A DNA stretch of 64,000 nucleotides from Lingula anatina (Eukaryota; Animalia; Brachiopoda). The stretch spans positions 11,160,001 to 11,224,000 of the forward strand of contig CM120641.1 in NCBI GenBank assembly GCA_051362555.1, in the 5' to 3' direction. Made by a program: the position numbers and the translations under genes. This document shows, piece by piece, positions 58,662 to 64,000 of the stretch. The notes below the pieces were generated by a model, which saw nothing but the letters and a program-made list of their open reading frames with translations, was not told where the DNA came from and did not search any database. Numbering within the stretch: the stretch's first letter is position 1; each line of letters opens with the position of its first letter.

Positions 58662-58718
58662 GGCTTGATTAATAGTCCAGCATGCATGGCATTGAGGTCT
58701 GTTGAATTTATTCTTTAA

Positions 58719-58745
58719 CTGAAACAGGAATAAAATTAGGATTGT
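58719..58745 (-). promoter_or_regulatory. Candidate 3' splice site (branch point, polypyrimidine tract, CAG) upstream of the giant exon
   Basis: The minus strand reads ...atcctaattttattcctgtttcag|ttaaag, with a ctaat branch-like motif and tttcag acceptor. The exon would begin at 58718. The nearest upstream in-frame stop (TAA) is at 58755-58757. Confidence 0.55.
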
Positions 58746-59084
58746 AAAATTTAATTAACAAATGATTAATTAGTGCTTGACTTGCATGTCTTTATGCAGT
58801 TCAGAAACATGAAACTGTTTTTGAATGTAGTGTGAAATCTTTCAGCGTATACAAAAAAGTGACGAATGATGGGTGCATTATCCATCAACATTTGGTTAAC
58901 TCATATCTCATAACAATGTTTCGGAACTTTTTTGGTTGAGTGTACAATGACAATGTATTCACATAATCCTAATGTATAAATTATACATCAAGCCCCCAGT
59001 TTGGTGTCTAATTTTTAGATATCTTTGCAAAGAAAAATCAACTTCATTTTTCACATTTTGATCTAGGTACAAGAAGGTTTGATC

Positions 59085-59146
59085 GTGAAAGGTCTACTTT
59101 TTCAGCAAAAGCCCCCACTCCCCTGAAATTTCTGGCTACGGACCTG
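59085..59146. mobile_element. Possible degenerate end of a MITE or non-autonomous DNA transposon
   Basis: ctggctacggacctg (59132-59146), preceded by C-runs, resembles the ctggctacgggcctg terminal inverted repeat I recall from invertebrate MITEs. No partner TIR was found in the window and the similarity is from memory, not a search. Confidence 0.25.
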
Positions 59147-59416
59147 TAGTACTAGGATTAGTTGACCTGTTGCCTTCAACCAGGCTTCTCACATGTGGGC
59201 TGGACCAAAGAAGTAGATAAGTAGTACATAGGTCACCTTTGTTAACACTGGACGAAAAATGGGAGTATGGCATAATCTCAAATACAGGAACGTAAGGTTT
59301 CGAAAAAACCCACAGTGATGTTGTCAGCGACAGTTACTCAACTTCCCTACTTAATGAACTCTGCCAATAGTGAACGCATTCAACACCGTACCTGAGCAGT
59401 TTTTGCGTCCAGCTGC

Positions 59417-59423
59417 TATATAA
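59417..59423 (+). promoter_or_regulatory. LTR TATA box
   Basis: tatataa about 95 bp into the LTR, inside a 9-bp inverted repeat; identical copy at 63367-63373. Confidence 0.65.
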
Positions 59424-59494
59424 GCTGGACGTTTTCTACAGCGGTATGCAGTGCGGCATCGACACACTCCGACGACCACAGCTTGTAGCAACGA

Positions 59495-59960
59495 CCGGCG
59501 GCTCGACAGCAGCGGTTCTCTCCAGCGCCTCGCACCGGCCTACGATTCCGCGGTCACCCCGGTGGCTCGACAGCAGCGGTTCTCTCCAGCGCCTCGAACC
59601 GGCCTACGACTCCGCGGTCACCCCGGCGGCTCGACAGCAGCGGTTCTCTCCAGCGCCTCGAACCGGCCTACGACTCCGCGGTCACCCCGGCGGCTCGACA
59701 GCAGCGGTTCTCTCCAGCGTCTCGCACCGGCCTACGACTCCGCGGTCACCCCGGCGGCTCGACAGCAGCGGTTCTCTACAGCACCTCGCACCGGCCCACG
59801 ATTCTGCGGTCACCCAGGCGGCTCGACAGCGGTCTACTCCTGCTCCAATCATCGGCCCAAGACTCGACGGTCACCCCGGCGGCTCGATATCGGTCTACTC
59901 GACTCCTGCGCCACTCACTGCCCACGACCCAGCAGTCATCCCGGCGGCTTACGACAGTGG
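59495..59960 (+). repeat. GC/CpG-rich 64-bp tandem array inside the 5' LTR (5 conserved plus about 3 degenerate units)
   Basis: Unit ccggcggctcgacagcagcggttctctccagcgcctcgcaccggcctacgactccgcggtcacc starts at 59495, 59559, 59623, 59687 and 59751. Degenerate copies start at about 59815, 59876 and 59941. Confidence 0.95.
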
Positions 59961-60049
59961 TATCTCTCGATAGTAGTCCAACCGACAGCGATCCATTTCG
60001 ATTTGGTTTAATTTTATTTTCATTCAATTTTTGTAACCATTTATTCGCT

Positions 60050-60055
60050 ATTAAA
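60050..60055 (+). terminator. Candidate LTR polyadenylation signal (ATTAAA)
   Basis: attaaa followed by T/GT-rich sequence (ttcgttcttgttg) near the LTR 3' end. Confidence 0.45.
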
Positions 60056-60115
60056 TTATTTATTTATTTATTTACTTCGTTCTTGTTGCTTCTGTCACCG
60101 TCTCGTCCGCAACAT

Positions 60116-60133
60116 TGGTCTCGCGAGCCGGAT
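60116..60133 (+). other. Primer binding site, tRNA-Tyr-like
   Basis: tggtctcgcgagccggat directly after the LTR. It matches the metazoan tRNA-Tyr PBS TGGTCCTTCGAGCCGGAT at 15 of 18 positions, and its complement ends G-A-CCA (G72/A73, as in eukaryotic tRNA-Tyr). Confidence 0.75.
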
Positions 60134-60148
60134 TTCAACACCTACGGC

Positions 60149-60949
60149 ATGGATGAACGGAGATTGAAAGCCGCAAGAACCGGACGCCTGGCTGCCTTCA
60201 CTAAACGTGTGCTGAAAGCAAGACAGCTCATCCATGATGAATCCACTAGAAAACATCGGTTATCGGAGATGAAAGACGAAATAACTACTCTAAAAAATGA
60301 ATGCGAAACTTCTAACTTGAAATACATCGACATTCTGGAAGATGAAACGGCCATCACAGACGCCCAGATCTGGTTTGCTGACGTTGAAGAAACCTGCGCA
60401 GATTGTTTGGGAGAAATCTCCGAGGTTATACAAGTGACCAAGGAACAGCCGCAGCCAATTCAACAGCCTCAATCCCAAGAGCCTCAAGTCCATGATGTTC
60501 CCGTCGCTCCTACCCCAGCACCAATAGACGCATGGATTGATGAACTTGTTCCATATAGTGAGACTGTTTTAGCCACACCCAATGATTCAGAGAAGTCCTA
60601 TGAAGAATTACTTCTGAAGTGCATGTTCGAGAAGGATGCTCCGCGAGCCTCCATATCGCCATTCAACGGGTCTGCACTAGACTGGCCAAGGTTTGCTGAA
60701 CTATTTTACGAAGAAGTGCACAAGCAACCCTATTTTAAGGATACCCGACGCATGTGGTTACTACAGAGCAGTGTAACTGGTCAAGCAAAACAACATATCG
60801 CGGGATATGGAATCGATGGTGCAGCATATGCCATAGCCTTGAAAGCTCTAAAACACAGATTCGGACATAGATCGCTGGTGGCCCGAGCATTTTTGGAACG
60901 AGTGACAGATGGCCCAACAATCAAGGACATGGGACCGGGTACAACTTGA
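60149..60949 (+). pseudogene. gag: BEL/Pao gag N-terminal part (coiled coil plus DUF1759-like capsid region), frameshifted at about 60931
   Basis: ATG at 60149 (MDERRLKAAR), 16 nt after the PBS. Contains ISPFNGSALDWPRFAELF...LLQSSVTGQAK...YAIALKALKHRFG, typical of BEL/Pao Gag. Homology continues in the +1 frame after GPTIKDM. Confidence 0.85.
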
Positions 60950-63212
60950 ATCGTTTTATGTCAACATCCGAGACTGTATTTTTGTTCTAAAGCGGATGAA
61001 TTATCAAGCAGACGTCATGAATTTGGACACGGTACGACGTTGTACACTTCGCCTCGCACTACGTATGAGAGAACGTTGGGCTGAGTGCTGCCGTATTCTG
61101 CGAGCAACCCACGAACCAACTCTAGAAGATTTGGAAGGCTGGTTATCAGACAGAGTAACTTCACTATTTGATCCACTCCTCGCAGAAGATGTTTATGAGA
61201 CGGTTCAACCCAGAAGTCGTAAAGCGTCCTCCTTTCACACTACTCAGCCTGTTCCTGAGGAGAGAAAACCTGTTGACCATCCATTCTCCAAGACGTCATC
61301 TTCGAGACCCTCTTCGCAGTCCACCTGTGTTGTTTGTGGATGTCTCCATGCACTTTACAAGTGTGAACTTTATCTAGCAATGACAACAAAGAAACGGTTT
61401 GAATGCGTCAATTCCCATCGACTTTGCAGGCATTGTCTACGGCCAGGACACATTGCATCTGATTGTACCTCCCCTGGGCGCTGCAGAGCTGATAATTGCA
61501 ACAAGAGACATCACACAACTCTCCATGACGTCCCACAGGAAGTTTACCACCCTCGGTCCACGTGTGTATCTTCCAGTGCAGTGCAGGCAGAAGTACAGGC
61601 CCCGTCAGCAACTGAAAAAGCTCAACCCAAGAGATCCTTTGCTACGCAAAATCCTAATTCTGAAGTTTATCTGCAAGTTGTTCCTGTGATCGTGGCGTCA
61701 CCCACCGGTGAGAAGATCAACACTAGTGCCTTACTAGACTGTGGAAGTCAACTAACTATGATACGCCGTGATTTAGCCAGTCAGCTCAACTTGTCTGGTC
61801 CAATGGAGATCCTACAGATGGGAACAGTAACTCGAGATGAAGATTGCCAGCGAGCACAGCTAGTCAGTTTCACCATTTCCTCAGCCATTGAAGACGATGA
61901 TGCTTCTTTCCCAGTCCAGCAGGCATGGGCGGTAGACAAGTTGAACATACCCCCGCAACGCTCCGTCAAGATCAACAATTTGCCACACCTCCGAGATCTG
62001 AAAGATGTTTTACCAGACTGCCCTGATATTGGCTTGTTAATCGGTGGTGATGTACCTGACATCATGGTCCAGACAGACATCAGACGTGGTCCTCCGGGAA
62101 CTCCCATAGGTATAAAGACTGGTCTTGGTTGGCCACTTCTTGGAAGATTGGCAGACCCGACTACGAAACAGCACCGTCTTCACGTCCTCCACGCTAGTTT
62201 CAAGTCCATTGACAGAGGGGATGCTGATCAACTTGAGAAATTTTTCACGACAGAATCATTTGGTTGCAAGTTTGAAGGCAATGCAGCAACTTCCGTAGAT
62301 GACAGACATGCCCAGAGCCAGCTTGACCAGAAAACCAACTATAAATCTGGACGTTACTCGGTTCCAATGCTGTGGAAAAACGAAAATACAGTTTTACCCT
62401 CAAACTACGTAATGGCTCTCAAGCGTTACCAGTTCCTGTGCCGCAAGTTGAGAACCAATCCAGAGCGATCCCGCAGCTACTCTGAAATCATCAACACATG
62501 GCTGGAGAAAGGTTATGCCAGAAAGATGACGGACAGTGAAGTCCAGACACAGAGCCCCATCACCCGGTATTTGCCGCATCATGACGTTTACACTTCGAAT
62601 AAGACCAGAGTCGTTCAAGACTGTGCAGCCAGATATGCAGGGACGTCGCTGAACGACAAGTTACTTACAGGTCCAGACCTCCTCAACAGTTTGACAGAAG
62701 TTCTACTGAACTTCCGACGGGGATCCATTGGTTTATCTGCAGACATTGAGTCCATGTTTCACAGAGTGCTGTGTTTGAAAACTGACAGATACTGTTTACG
62801 TTTCCTGTGGTCTGATGATCTACGCATTGAACAGCCTGACAAGTATCAGATGTGCGTTCATCCATTTGGTGCCAAGTCGTCTCCCACGTGTGCCAACTAT
62901 GCTTTGCGCTGTACAGCAACTGACAACGCCGACAAGTTTTCTTCCCTAGCAGTTGAAACTACACTGCGGAACTTCTACATGGATGATTTATGTACCAGTC
63001 AACCATCTGTGGACCTCGCCATATCCTTATCCCATGAATTGGTGGATCTACTGAGCATTGGTGGATTTCGTTTGACGAAGTGGGTATCCAACTCCAGAGA
63101 TGTATTGTCCTCCCTCCCTGCATCAGAAGTTGCCATCAAGAACTTTGACCTCTCTATGGATGCCATGCCTTCCCAGCGGGTACTCGGTTTCATATGGGAC
63201 ACTAATGATTAA
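60933..63212 (+). pseudogene. pol: BEL/Pao gag C-terminus, protease and reverse transcriptase; truncated before RNase H and integrase
   Basis: Zn knuckles CVVCGCLHALYKC, CRHCLRPGHIASDC and CRADNCNKRHHTTLH (61326-61526). Protease ALLDCGSQ (D at 61737). RT motifs YLPHH, SLNDKLLTGPDLLNSL, ADIESMF, LRFLW, PFGAKSSP, FYMDD (YMDD at 62976-62987) and GGFRLTKW. Ends RVLGFIWDTND*. Confidence 0.93.
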
Positions 63213-63260
63213 TTATATATTTAATTTTTGACACTGTCGCTTCCAGTTAATCGTGTTACT

Positions 63261-63271
63261 GCGAGGGGGTA
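63261..63271 (+). other. Polypurine tract
   Basis: gcgagggggta immediately before the 3' LTR start (tgt at 63272). Confidence 0.8.
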
Positions 63272-64000
63272 TGTCAGCGACAGTTACTCAACTTCCCTAC
63301 TTAATGAACTCTGCCAATAGTGAACGCATTCAACACCGTACCTGAGCAGTTTTTGCGTCCAGCTGCTATATAAGCTGGACGTTTTCTACAGCGGTATGCA
63401 GTGCGGCATCGACACACTCCGACGACCACAGCTTGTAGCAACGACCGGCGGCTCGACAGCAGCGGTTCTCTCCAGCGCCTCGCACCGGCCTACGACTCCG
63501 CGGTCACCCCGGCGGCTCGACAGCAGCGGTTCTCTCCAGCGCCTCGCACCGGCCTACGACTCCGCGGTCACCCCGGCGGCTCGACAGCAGCGGTTCTCTC
63601 CAGCGCCTCGAACCGGCCTACGACTCCGCGGTCACCCCGGCGGCTCGACAGCAGCGGTTCTCTCCAGCGTCTCGCACCGGCCTACGACTCCGCGGTCACC
63701 CCGGCGGCTCGACAGCAGCGGTTCTCTACAGCACCTCGCACCGGCCCACGATTCTGCGGTCACCCAGGCGGCTCGACAGCGGTCTACTCCTGCTCCAATC
63801 ATCGGCCCAAGACTCGACGGTCACCCCGGCGGCTCGATATCGGTCTACTCGACTCCTGCGCCACTCACTGCCCACGACCCAGCAGTCATCCCGGCGGCTT
63901 ACGACAGTGGTATCTCTCGATAGTAGTCCAACCGACAGCGATCCATTTCGATTTGGTTTAATTTTATTTTCATTCAATTTTTGTAACCATTTATTCGCTA
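63272..64000 (+). repeat. 3' LTR (partial; predicted to end at 64064)
   Basis: 729 bp matching 59322-60050 with 3 substitutions seen. Confidence 0.95.
63445..63910 (+). repeat. 64-bp tandem array inside the 3' LTR
   Basis: Same array as in the 5' LTR, offset by 3950 bp. Confidence 0.95.

Larger units (their letters stand above)
59322..60114 (+). repeat. 5' LTR (793 bp)
   Basis: Starts tgtcagcg (where identity with 63272 begins) and ends ...gcaaca, 1 nt before the PBS. Canonical TGT...ACA termini. TATA at 59417 and ATTAAA at 60050. Confidence 0.93.
59322..64000 (+). mobile_element. BEL/Pao LTR retrotransposon, internally deleted and non-autonomous; 3' LTR truncated by the window edge
   Basis: Two direct repeats 3950 bp apart, PBS, PPT, gag with three Zn knuckles, aspartic protease and BEL-type RT motifs. 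Confidence 0.96.

Noticed and set aside
58366-58599. 77-aa plus-strand ORF
   Set aside because: Antisense shadow of the Thr-rich unique N-terminus.
59495-59960. CRISPR array or tandem ribozymes in the LTR
   Set aside because: No unique spacers and no cas genes. I found no hammerhead core (CUGANGA...GAAA) on either strand by eye; an Rfam search was not possible.
59446-60027. 175, 186 and 83 aa ORFs in each LTR
   Set aside because: They result from the GC-rich, stop-poor 64-bp repeat cycling through frames, with no recognisable domain. The ATG at 59446 lies about at the expected transcription start.
60142-63202. Short overlapping and antisense ORFs within gag-pol
   Set aside because: Alternative-frame by-products without motifs.

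Overview
Eukaryotic (probably invertebrate animal) genomic DNA in three parts. (1) Positions 1-~58293 are about 349 tandem copies of a 168-bp unit. On the minus strand these read as one stop-free frame repeating the 56-aa unit QAATTQAQTTAAADVTTQAQTAAVTDASTTAAADVTTQASGVTAQETTTVAGDVTS. The repeat is preceded in frame by a unique Thr-rich N-terminus and a candidate ATG and signal peptide at 58661. The result is a single uninterrupted coding stretch of at least 58.6 kb (at least 19,500 aa) for a giant proline-poor, acidic mucin-like protein that runs off the left edge and is missing from the ORF track. (2) 58720-59321 is AT-rich intronic or upstream sequence. (3) 59322-64000 is a young BEL/Pao LTR retrotransposon on the plus strand, with near-identical 793-bp LTRs that carry a GC-rich 64-bp tandem array, a tRNA-Tyr-like PBS, a gag frameshift, and no RNase H or integrase. 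All plus-strand ORFs inside the big array are antisense shadows.
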